NCBI GenBank assembly: GCA_011170375.1
Contig: DUEV01000002.1
Span: forward strand, 263,052 to 327,051
DNA length: 64,000 nt
Origin: Dehalococcoidia bacterium
GTDB taxonomy: Bacteria; Chloroflexota; Dehalococcoidia; Dehalococcoidales; Fen-1064
Direction: 5' to 3'
Position numbers and translations under genes: made by a program. The number at the start of each line of letters is the position of its first letter. Positions within the stretch are counted from its first letter, which is position 1. The notes beneath the pieces are model-generated. The model searched no databases and was not told the origin of the DNA. It was given only the letters and a program-made list of their open reading frames with translations. Shown one piece after another: positions 8,642 to 16,571 of this stretch.

Positions 8642-8921
8642 TACCGATGACAGAACAAGAGATCAGCAACCAGAAGAAGCATTACTGGCTATCAAAAGAG
8701 TACAAAACCAAGGAGATAGCCAGTAATACTTTATTCAGCCATACATATATTAACAAAACGACCCGCTACTGATTAGTGTCTGACACAAGCATGTTTCACT
8801 TGGTACCACATAATTGTCGGCAAATGTAATTTGAACCCTTCGAACCCAACAAGAGATTGATTTATTACCTCTTCATACTATCTTGTGTCTTGCGCAATCA
8901 ACACTACGCTCAGGATATGTG

Positions 8922-8950
8922 TTGACAGAGCTCCAGCACAGGGCTATGCT
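8922..8950 (+). promoter_or_regulatory. Promoter TTGACA-N17-TATGCT upstream of the BNR lipoprotein gene
   Basis: -35 at 8922-8927 and -10 at 8945-8950, 49 nt before the ATG at 8999. Confidence 0.4.
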
Positions 8951-8998
8951 TAGTATTCTGTAGATAAACAGCGCGGGTAAAAAGAGGTACAACAGAAA

Positions 8999-10237
8999 AT
9001 GAAGGCGAAATTTTTGTGGCTACTTGTGTGCTGTCTTGTGGCACTGACTGTGGTGGTATGGTCTTGCGGTGGAACACAACCAGGTGAGCAGGAAGAAGAA
9101 GAGGAAGAAGAAGAGGAAGAAACACCAACCTACTCAGTGACATGGGAGAGCGAAGTACAAATCACAGCTACAGGCGCTCCGTCATTCTATCCTACTTTAG
9201 GGGTTAATGGCGGCACGATACACCTCGCCTGGGTTGACCAGCGGCTTGGAGGTGAGAATCGCGAAATCTTCTATAACCGTAGCAATGATAGCGGGGTAAC
9301 CTGGCAGGTTTCAGACACAATGATTTCAAACGACCCTCTTTATTCCATAAGGGCAGACTTTGCCGTAAACGGGGACACTGTGTACCTGTTCTGGCGCGAC
9401 AATCGTGACGGTAACTTTGAGGACTATTTTTCCAAGAGTACAAATGGAGGTGCTGACTGGGGACCTGAGACCAGAATCACTTACAACCCTGGCCTGTCGG
9501 GATGCCCGTTCCCCGTGGTAAATGGCAGCACTCTGAATCTTTTCTTTCGGGACAATCGCATGGGAACCTTTAAAATCTACCAGAAACACTCAGTTGACGC
9601 TGGTGTCACCTGGAGCGAGGATATTCTCCTAACGCCAGACGGCATCGATGCCGAATTTCCTTTCCCGGCTGTTAGCGGCAACACAATCCACCTAGTCTGG
9701 CAGGATGCTCGTGATGGGAATCTGGAGATTTACTATAAACGCAGCGTGGATGTTGGCGTCAGCTGGGCACCAGCTGAGCGGCTGACCAACAACCCTGGGG
9801 AATCAAAACACCCTAAAATCGTTGTGCAGAACGGCAACTTACACCTGGTATGGCGGGACAACAGGGATGGGAGCAATGAAGTCTACTACAAGAAAAGTAC
9901 CGATGGTGGACAGAACTGGTCGCAGGACCGGAGATTAACGCAGAATCCGGGGCAATCATTCTGGCCTGTTCTGGCAGCGAGTGACGAGCTTGTCCACCTA
10001 GTCTGGTGTGACGAACGTGATGGCAACCAATCCCTCTACTATATGTTCTCCTCGGATAACGGCGACACCTGGAGTGAAGAACACGTGCTCTCCGATTGTG
10101 TTCTCGCCCTTGGTGCTGACGTCATGGCCGCACACCCGATTATAGCAACAGGCCAGTATATCCACGTTGTTTACAATGACGAACACATCGGCGAAAATGA
10201 AATCTACTATAAGCGCGGAATTATATCTGAGCAGTAG
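8999..10237 (+). CDS. BNR/Asp-box repeat (sialidase-like beta-propeller) lipoprotein
   Basis: Signal peptide with a lipobox-like VVWSC, then a poly-Glu linker. Six SxDxGxTW boxes follow (SNDSGVTW, STNGGADW, SVDAGVTW, SVDVGVSW, STDGGQNW, SSDNGDTW), within seven roughly 50-aa W-RD-RDGN-EIYY repeats. Confidence 0.8.
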   Translation: MKAKFLWLLVCCLVALTVVVWSCGGTQPGEQEEEEEEEEEETPTYSVTWESEVQITATGAPSFYPTLGVNGGTIHLAWVDQRLGGENREIFYNRSNDSGVTWQVSDTMISNDPLYSIRADFAVNGDTVYLFWRDNRDGNFEDYFSKSTNGGADWGPETRITYNPGLSGCPFPVVNGSTLNLFFRDNRMGTFKIYQKHSVDAGVTWSEDILLTPDGIDAEFPFPAVSGNTIHLVWQDARDGNLEIYYKRSVDVGVSWAPAERLTNNPGESKHPKIVVQNGNLHLVWRDNRDGSNEVYYKKSTDGGQNWSQDRRLTQNPGQSFWPVLAASDELVHLVWCDERDGNQSLYYMFSSDNGDTWSEEHVLSDCVLALGADVMAAHPIIATGQYIHVVYNDEHIGENEIYYKRGIISEQ

Positions 10238-10298
10238 ATCGTTTTTTGCTGATAAACAGAAGTCCTCATAAAGACGACCCTCCAGATACCGTCTAGCA

Positions 10299-10853
10299 CT
10301 AACTGCTTCCGGCAGTTAGTATTTCTGCCATTTGCTTCGCCATAGTCTTAGCTTGCTCAATTAGCTCCGTTTGTGTCTTTGGGTCAATATCGGGCGAACC
10401 AGAATTTCCGCTCAGAGTCAGTATTTCTGATCCGGCCAGTCTGACAAGTTTTCTCAACTCCTCTACGGTCGCATCAGCGCCACGGCGTCCCGCAACCGCA
10501 ATCAGACCAGCACATTTAAAGTTCAGTGCCATACCATGACTGAAAAGGAAAAAACTCCTGTCCATGAAGGCTTTCATCTGCGCCGAGATAGAACCGAAAT
10601 AGACCGGACTGGCCAGAATAACCCCATCTGCCTGACTGAACTTTTCCAGTATCCACTGACCATCATCTTTCTGCTGGCACTCTGAAAATGAAGCACAGTT
10701 CTCATGGGCCTGGCAGGGCCCAACTTTGTACTCGTTCAATACAATCTTCTCGGTCTCAATTCCATGAGAAGCCAACTCATCAAGAGCCTGGTCAATCAGG
10801 TAGTTGGTGTTACCGTGTAATCTTGGACTGCCTCCGATGGCAACGACCTTCAT
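10299..10853 (-). CDS. Flavodoxin-like fold NAD(P)H-dependent FMN reductase family protein
   Basis: MKVVAIGGSPRLHGNTNYL is the typical FMN_red N-terminus. The SD GGAGG lies 6 nt before this ATG. The track start at 10877 adds 8 residues and is less likely. Confidence 0.75.
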   Translation of the reverse strand: MKVVAIGGSPRLHGNTNYLIDQALDELASHGIETEKIVLNEYKVGPCQAHENCASFSECQQKDDGQWILEKFSQADGVILASPVYFGSISAQMKAFMDRSFFLFSHGMALNFKCAGLIAVAGRRGADATVEELRKLVRLAGSEILTLSGNSGSPDIDPKTQTELIEQAKTMAKQMAEILTAGSS

Positions 10854-10976
10854 CTCAACCTCCGTATTATTCTCCACATCATTTAAGCAGAACAGGCTTT
10901 ATTGACCCGTTCTATGTGATTATAAGAAACACACGTCTTCATAATCAAATTATAACTTCTTCAATATCACTAGGTC

Positions 10977-11025
10977 TTGACAAAATATAGTTTAGGTACT
11001 ATACTATATCTGTCATGACAGATAT
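10977..11025 (+). promoter_or_regulatory. MarR promoter (TTGACA-N17-TATACT) plus a perfect 20-bp palindromic operator over the start codon
   Basis: -35 at 10977-10982 and -10 at 11000-11005. The palindrome ATATCTGTCA|TGACAGATAT spans 11006-11025 and is centred on the ATG at 11015. There is no SD, so the transcript is effectively leaderless. Confidence 0.5.
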
Positions 11026-11491
11026 AAATACAATCTACGAGGAAATTCTGCAGAAACTTGAGCAGGTGATTACAAAGATGGAGTCGATGCACACGCCATC
11101 ACTCAGTTTTGGTACCGGTGTATTAATGCACACGAAGGAAATACATACAGTTCAAGCTATTGGCAGGCACCCAGGAATTAATGTTACCAAACTAGCAGAG
11201 CATACAGGTGTCACCAAGGGAGCCGTATCACAGACTATCAATAAATTATTAAGAAAAGACCTGGTAAAAAAAACACACGCACCGGGTAACAATAAGGAGG
11301 TTGTACCAAAACTTACTGCGCTCGGTTGGACCGGCTTTCACAACCATGAAAAGTTCCATATGGATACTCTGGACATGGCCCGCGAATACTATGGAGACCA
11401 GCTTAGAAGTAAGCTCGAAAGAATAAATTCAGCAGTGGATGACATCTATCAAATGCTAGACGAATACGAGAAAAGAAGAAGAAAGGAGTAA
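11015..11491 (+). CDS. MarR family transcriptional regulator
   Basis: 158 aa with a winged-HTH core: HTVQAIGRHPGINVTKLAEHTGVTKGAVSQTINKLLRKDLVKK. Confidence 0.85.
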   Translation: MTDINTIYEEILQKLEQVITKMESMHTPSLSFGTGVLMHTKEIHTVQAIGRHPGINVTKLAEHTGVTKGAVSQTINKLLRKDLVKKTHAPGNNKEVVPKLTALGWTGFHNHEKFHMDTLDMAREYYGDQLRSKLERINSAVDDIYQMLDEYEKRRRKE

Positions 11492-11541
11492 TTTTTTTGA
11501 TGATTTATTGTTTAGTAGCTAAACTTTAAAGGAGATATGAC

Positions 11542-12129
11542 ATGAAAATCGAACATATTGACAGTTCAATTATCGAGAGGAAAAAGCTTGTTTGCCCATG
11601 GCAGCTGGCACCCATAATTGATAATCGCCTGCGTCCCCTTGTCCACAACCCTCAAAAAATCTTTGCCCCCTACGTGGAAACCGGAATGACTGTACTAGAC
11701 GTAGGTTGCGGCGCCGGTTTCACATCCTTAGGGCTTGCCAAACTTGTTGGCGAGGAAGGTCTGGTTATCGCTGCTGACCTGCAGCCCAAGATGCTCAGCA
11801 TCGTAAAAGAGAGAGCGGTGAGGGCAGGGTTATCGAACCGCATTCGCATCCACCTCTGCAGCCCCGAGCGTATCGGTCTGCAAGAAGAAGTGGACTTTGC
11901 GGTAGCCTTCTTCATGGTACATGAAGTACCAGATGTGAGGACTTTCCTCGAAGAGATTTATGAGCTACTTAAAAACGGAGGGCAATTTTTCGTTACGGAG
12001 CCGATAATTCATGTAGGCTTAAGAGCATTCCGGCAATTAATGCGAGAAGCTCGAGATGTTGGCTTTGAAATAACAGGAAGACCGAGCGTACGATTTGGTC
12101 GAACGGTGTTATTGGTCAAGCTTGAATAG
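11542..12129 (+). CDS. Class I SAM-dependent methyltransferase
   Basis: Motif I VLDVGCGAGF, motif II VIAADLQ, and the post-I acidic residue. SD AAAGGAG lies upstream. Confidence 0.85.
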   Translation: MKIEHIDSSIIERKKLVCPWQLAPIIDNRLRPLVHNPQKIFAPYVETGMTVLDVGCGAGFTSLGLAKLVGEEGLVIAADLQPKMLSIVKERAVRAGLSNRIRIHLCSPERIGLQEEVDFAVAFFMVHEVPDVRTFLEEIYELLKNGGQFFVTEPIIHVGLRAFRQLMREARDVGFEITGRPSVRFGRTVLLVKLE

Positions 12130-12310
12130 TCCTATTAGACTCCCCTATTGCTACGGAGAAGCCTTTATCATAGAATGGGTTCACGCTGGTAACATTGATG
12201 TATTATGGCAGGACAACCAAGACTCTTAACCAATTTCGCTAGGTGCAATTAGTTGCCGAGGCACTTCTTGTCACGACTGGAAGTAATATATAACGGAGGT
12301 TGGAAAGGCT

Positions 12311-12745
12311 ATGAAAGCGAACCCAGAGACAGAAGCTGCCGTGATTAATGTCGTGAACAGGTTTGCTGACGCATTCGCCAAGCAAGATCTAAATGCAATG
12401 CTGGAGCTGTATGCCCCAGACCCTGATGTGGTTGTCATTGGGACAGGAAGCGATGAGAAGCGCATCGGGCTGGTCGAGATAAAGGACCTTTTCAAACGTG
12501 ATTTTGCCCAATTCAGGGATGCATCCTTACAGGTTGATTGTCATACCGTTTCAGCTGCGGGTTCAGTAGCATGGGCGGCAGCCGATGCTACTGTTAACGC
12601 CAACACCGGCGACCAGGAACTCCTTTTGCAGGTACGATTGACTTTCGTGCTGGAGCGACGGGGAGACAAGTGGCTCATTGTACAATTCCACGGGTCCGCA
12701 CCAGCTGCCGGGCAAGAAGAAGGCGAAGCATTCCCAAAACAGTAG
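12311..12745 (+). CDS. NTF2-like / SnoaL-like (DUF4440-type) protein
   Basis: 144 aa. N-terminal helix VINVVNRFADAFAKQDLNAMLELYAPD and a C-terminal beta sheet ending WLIVQFHGS. SD GGAGG. Confidence 0.65.
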   Translation: MKANPETEAAVINVVNRFADAFAKQDLNAMLELYAPDPDVVVIGTGSDEKRIGLVEIKDLFKRDFAQFRDASLQVDCHTVSAAGSVAWAAADATVNANTGDQELLLQVRLTFVLERRGDKWLIVQFHGSAPAAGQEEGEAFPKQ

Positions 12746-12801
12746 TATAAATAGTAGTATAATGGGGACGCCGAATCAGGCCAGTAAAGGAGGGTTATCC
12801 G

Positions 12802-13593
12802 ATGGAATGGGGAATGGCAAACCGATTGGCACAGTTGATTCAAAAGGACGGACATGTCCTTGTCCTGCCGGTAGACCACGGCTACTTCCAGGGCCCCACC
12901 CGTAAGCTGGAAGAGCCCCGCAAGACAATCGAGCCACTCCTCCCCTACGCCGATGGTCTCTTCATCACCCGCGGCGTACTGCGCTCATCGGTTGACCCTG
13001 ACAACTCGAAACCCGTCATCCTCAGGGTATCCGGCGGCACCAGCATGGCTGGCGGGGACCTAGCCAACGAGGGCATCACCACCAGCATGGAGGAGGCAAT
13101 GCGCCTTAACGTCTCAGCGGTGGGTCTCTCCATCTTCGTCGGCAGTGATTACGAGAAGGACTCACTGCTCAACCTGTCACAGCTCGTCAACGAGGGCGAG
13201 AGGTACGGCATCCCAGTGATGGCCGTCACCGCCGTGGGACGAGAACTGGAAAAGCGCGATGCCCGTTACCTGGCGATGGCCTGCCGCATCGCCGCCGAGC
13301 TGGGGGCGCGGGTTGTCAAGACATACTGGTGCGAGGACTTCGAAAAGGTAACTACGGGCTGTCCTGTCCCCGTCATCCTGGCTGGCGGCCCTCAGGTCGA
13401 TACCGAGCGCGAGGTTTTCGACTTCGTCTATGACGGGCTGCAAAAAGGAGCCATCGGCGTCAATCTGGGTCGGAATATCTGGCAAAACGACCACCCGATA
13501 GCCATGATTAAGGCGATACGGGCGGTCGTCCATGAGAAGTCAACCCCACAGGAGGCCGAAGAACTATTCAATAAAGAAAAGCAGGGGAACTAA
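12802..13593 (+). CDS. Class I aldolase, DhnA/LsrF/AroA'-type (DeoC/LacD superfamily)
   Basis: 263 aa. VLPVDHGYFQGP N-terminal motif and a Schiff-base lysine context GARVVKTYW. SD AAAGGAGGG. Confidence 0.8.
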   Translation: MEWGMANRLAQLIQKDGHVLVLPVDHGYFQGPTRKLEEPRKTIEPLLPYADGLFITRGVLRSSVDPDNSKPVILRVSGGTSMAGGDLANEGITTSMEEAMRLNVSAVGLSIFVGSDYEKDSLLNLSQLVNEGERYGIPVMAVTAVGRELEKRDARYLAMACRIAAELGARVVKTYWCEDFEKVTTGCPVPVILAGGPQVDTEREVFDFVYDGLQKGAIGVNLGRNIWQNDHPIAMIKAIRAVVHEKSTPQEAEELFNKEKQGN

Positions 13594-13599
13594 GACAAT

Positions 13600-14640
13600 A
13601 TGAGCGAGACGATGCGGGTAGCAATGTGGTACAACAACCGGGACGTTCGCATCGAGGAGATGCCTGTCCCGGAAATTGGCCCCGGAGAGCTACTGGTACG
13701 AATCGAGGCCAGTGGTATCTGCGGTAGCGACGTCATGGAGTGGTACCGTCTTGACCGCGCCCCTCTAGTGCTGGGTCATGAGATTGGCGGGCAGATTGTC
13801 GAGGTGGGAGAGGGGGTATACAGCTACCAAGTGGGCGATCGCGTCACAGCCGCCCATCACGTCCCCTGCAATGTCTGTCATTACTGCCTCACCGGCCACC
13901 ATACCGCCTGCGAGACCCTGCGTCAAACGAACTTCTACCCCGGAGGTTTTAGCGAATACGTCCTCCTGCCGGAAATCAATGTCGACCGTGGCGTGTTCCT
14001 GCTACCCGATAACGTGTCCTACGAAGAGGCCGCCTTCGTGGAGCCGCTGGCCTGCGTCCTGCGCGGGCAACGAATAGCGAATGTAATGCCGGGCAGCAAC
14101 GTGCTGGTCATCGGCAGTGGGATTACCGGACTGCTCCACGTGATGCTGGCCCGCAGCCTGGGGGTGGGGCGGATAATAGCCACCGACATCAGCCAATATC
14201 GGCTGGAAGCAGCCAAGAGATTGGGGGCTGACGTCGCTATTCACTCTAGGGAGGACGTACCAACACGACTCCGTGAGGCCAATTCCGGACGCCTGGCCGA
14301 CACGGTAATTGTCTGCACCGGCGCCATTTCCGCCATTGACCAAGCCTTGAAATCGGTTGACCGGGGAGGGACCGTCCTCCTCTTTGCCCCCACCGACCCC
14401 GGAGTGACCATTCCGCTCTCAATAAACGACCTGCTCTTCCGCAACGACATTACCCTCACCACCTCTTACGCCGGAAGCCCGACCGACTACCAGACGGCCC
14501 TAGATCTGATTGTGGCCGGTACCGTACCAGTACGACAGATGATAACCAACCGTCTCGGGCTCGCCGAGACAGGGGAAGGGTTCAAGCTGGTCGTCGAAGC
14601 GGATGAGTCGATAAAGGTCATTATCGAGCCGCAGAGGTAG
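13600..14640 (+). CDS. Zinc-dependent medium-chain alcohol/polyol dehydrogenase
   Basis: Catalytic zinc motif GHEIGGQIVEVG, structural zinc Cys cluster CNVCHYCLTGHHTAC and Rossmann motif VIGSGITG. Confidence 0.85.
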   Translation: MSETMRVAMWYNNRDVRIEEMPVPEIGPGELLVRIEASGICGSDVMEWYRLDRAPLVLGHEIGGQIVEVGEGVYSYQVGDRVTAAHHVPCNVCHYCLTGHHTACETLRQTNFYPGGFSEYVLLPEINVDRGVFLLPDNVSYEEAAFVEPLACVLRGQRIANVMPGSNVLVIGSGITGLLHVMLARSLGVGRIIATDISQYRLEAAKRLGADVAIHSREDVPTRLREANSGRLADTVIVCTGAISAIDQALKSVDRGGTVLLFAPTDPGVTIPLSINDLLFRNDITLTTSYAGSPTDYQTALDLIVAGTVPVRQMITNRLGLAETGEGFKLVVEADESIKVIIEPQR

Positions 14641-15462
14641 TTAACCAGAGCGGCGGTGCCTTCTCAGGAAGTACGTGATTACATTATTAGCTTCTTCGGC
14701 TGCCTCAATAAAAAACCCATGCCCCATGCCTTCAAGGATGACAAGTTCGGCATCAGGTATTCTGGAGGCGAGTATCTTTGAGTTCTCCGCCGGGACTATC
14801 CGGTCGGCATCCCCGGTTATAACCAGGGTGGGTACCTTGATATCAGGCAGACGGTCATAGGTGTCATGACCCATGATTGCCTCGGCCTGCCTTGAATAAC
14901 TCTGAAGCGGCGTGACGTATTCCATCGAATTTTCTGTGAACTGCTTAATAACATCCGGGTTGTTATCAATAAACTCCTGGCTGCAAAGGAACGGCATTGT
15001 CTCCTTTATCATCTCTTCCGGTGTCAACTGCTGCATGCGTTCCATATCGAAAAGGAGAGTCATCGCCTCAGCATCGGGTGCGACACTATGCTGTTCACCA
15101 CCACACAGAGTGCAGCCCAGAACGAGACCGATTACCTTCTCCTGATAGTTAAGCGCAACATGCTGAGCAATCATACCACCCATGGAAACACCATAGACAT
15201 GAGCAGCGCCGATATCGAGAGCATCGAGTAACCCGGCAACATCACCGGCCATCATATCCATCGTGTAAGGTATATCCGACTTATCGCTTCGGCCAGTACC
15301 GCGATTGTCAAAGACAATAACTCGATACTCTTGTGAAAGACCAGGGATTTGCCGGAACCACTGTCCGGAGTTACCACCATAACCCATAATCAGAACCAGC
15401 GGCTCCCCCTCTCCGTGAACCTCATAGTAGATGTTGATGTCACCAACCTTTGTTGTGGGCAT
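14641..15462 (-). CDS. Alpha/beta hydrolase
   Basis: HG oxyanion motif VLIMGYGG, nucleophile elbow GVSMGG and a C-terminal GMGHGF histidine. The SD AAGGAGGG precedes MPTTKVGD, and the track start at 15483 is 7 codons longer. Confidence 0.85.
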   Translation of the reverse strand: MPTTKVGDINIYYEVHGEGEPLVLIMGYGGNSGQWFRQIPGLSQEYRVIVFDNRGTGRSDKSDIPYTMDMMAGDVAGLLDALDIGAAHVYGVSMGGMIAQHVALNYQEKVIGLVLGCTLCGGEQHSVAPDAEAMTLLFDMERMQQLTPEEMIKETMPFLCSQEFIDNNPDVIKQFTENSMEYVTPLQSYSRQAEAIMGHDTYDRLPDIKVPTLVITGDADRIVPAENSKILASRIPDAELVILEGMGHGFFIEAAEEANNVITYFLRRHRRSG

Positions 15463-15576
15463 TTCACCCTCCTTATAATACAAGTGGAAAGAGTCTATGT
15501 CACCAGTTTAGCACTGTCAAGACTACAATATATGTAAAAAATATACAAAAATGGGGTGATTTTACGGCATTTACTC

Positions 15577-15605
15577 TTGACATCAGCTTGAAGATGACTT
15601 ACTCT
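15577..15605 (+). promoter_or_regulatory. Promoter TTGACA-N17-TACTCT upstream of the zinc-ribbon micro-gene
   Basis: -35 at 15577-15582 and -10 at 15600-15605, 33 nt before the ATG at 15639. Confidence 0.4.
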
Positions 15606-15638
15606 AAGGAAGATTATCTCAGTTAGGGGGGAGCACCG

Positions 15639-15779
15639 ATGGAAGCATACTGCATGAAGTGTCGCAACAAGAGAGAGATGAAAGACACCAAAGCCATCAC
15701 CATGAAGAATGGCAAACCAGCCACCCAGGGAGTCTGCCCGGTCTGCGGCACAAAGATGTTCCGCATTGGCAAAGGCTAA
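15639..15779 (+). CDS. Small zinc-ribbon protein (DUF5679-like), 46 aa
   Basis: My own translation: MEAYCMKCRNKREMKDTKAITMKNGKPATQGVCPVCGTKMFRIGKG. It has a CxxC-N24-CxxC arrangement and sits behind its own promoter. It is below the track cutoff. The overlapping track ORF 15659-15871 (His/Gln-rich) looks spurious. Confidence 0.6.
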   Translation: MEAYCMKCRNKREMKDTKAITMKNGKPATQGVCPVCGTKMFRIGKG

Positions 15780-15818
15780 AGCGAGAACAGCATCAGCATA
15801 TCGCTGATTACGATTGCA

Positions 15819-15839
15819 GCGCCGGTATCCCGCCGGCGC
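15819..15839. terminator. GC hairpin between convergent genes (possible bidirectional terminator)
   Basis: GCGCCGG-TATCCCG-CCGGCGC, a 7-bp all-GC stem. The flanking T/A tracts are weak. Confidence 0.3.
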
Positions 15840-15878
15840 TGTCGATTCCCCGGAAAAACAACCTCGGATAGACGCTAT

Positions 15879-16289
15879 CTACTCTGGCTCCTTCTCCTCT
15901 TCACTAAAGTCGAGCGCCAGCGAGTTCATGCAATAGCGCCGCCCTTCCGGTAGCGGGCCGTCATCGAAAACATGACCCAGGTGAGCACCACACCGGGCAC
16001 ATCTGACCTCGGTGCGGGTCATGCCGAGGCTATTGTCCGGCGCTGTTTCAACCGACTCCTCTGAAATCGGCGACCGGAAGCTCGGCCAACCGGTGCCGGA
16101 ATCATATTTGGCCTCAGAGCTGAACAGCTGGTTGCCACAGCAGACACAGTAGTAGCCACCCCTGCCTTTGAAATTATAGTACTTGCCGGAGAACGCCGGC
16201 TCGGTACCTCCGCGGCGGGCAACCTCATACTGCTCCGGCGTTAGCTGCCGACGCCATTCCTCGTCGCTTTTTACTACTTTCTCCCCCAT
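15879..16289 (-). CDS. msrB: Peptide-methionine (R)-S-oxide reductase
   Basis: 136 aa. Two CxxC zinc motifs (CVCCG, CARCG) and the catalytic region GTGWPSF...[21 protein letters not shown]...RYCMNS. Confidence 0.95.
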   Translation of the reverse strand: MGEKVVKSDEEWRRQLTPEQYEVARRGGTEPAFSGKYYNFKGRGGYYCVCCGNQLFSSEAKYDSGTGWPSFRSPISEESVETAPDNSLGMTRTEVRCARCGAHLGHVFDDGPLPEGRRYCMNSLALDFSEEEKEPE

Positions 16290-16571
16290 TATACCTACAA
16301 ACCTCTTTCAGCCAACAGGCAACAGGTACAACTTGCCGCCTTCACCAACCCCCCTGACGTACCTTATTCATTTTACCATCATTAGAACCAGAACTGATAC
16401 AATGCTGAGCACGCGTACGACTTAACTACTTTCATCTTCCTACTCATGGATTTGCATTTTAGCGCCCTTAGTAGTATTATTTATCCGCTTCATTGCCTAT
16501 TCGGACGGCTGGCGGTACATTGATACTCCATGTACCAGCATACACCAGGAAAACGGAAAGAGCGGATATAA

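Noticed and set aside
8647-8772. 41-aa ORF MTEQEISNQKKHYWLSKEYK... directly after the small membrane protein gene
   Set aside because: It has no SD and no recognisable motif, and it lies in an AT-rich spacer where short ORFs arise by chance. The evidence is insufficient to call it.
9089-9120. GAAGAAGAAGAG tandem repeat
   Set aside because: It is not an independent repeat element. It is the in-frame poly-Glu linker of the BNR lipoprotein, and is noted under that gene instead.
15659-15871. 70-aa track ORF (MSQQERDERHQSHHHEEWQ...)
   Set aside because: It is out of frame with, and overlaps, a better-supported 46-aa zinc-ribbon ORF that has its own promoter. Its composition is atypical and it runs through the terminator-like hairpin.
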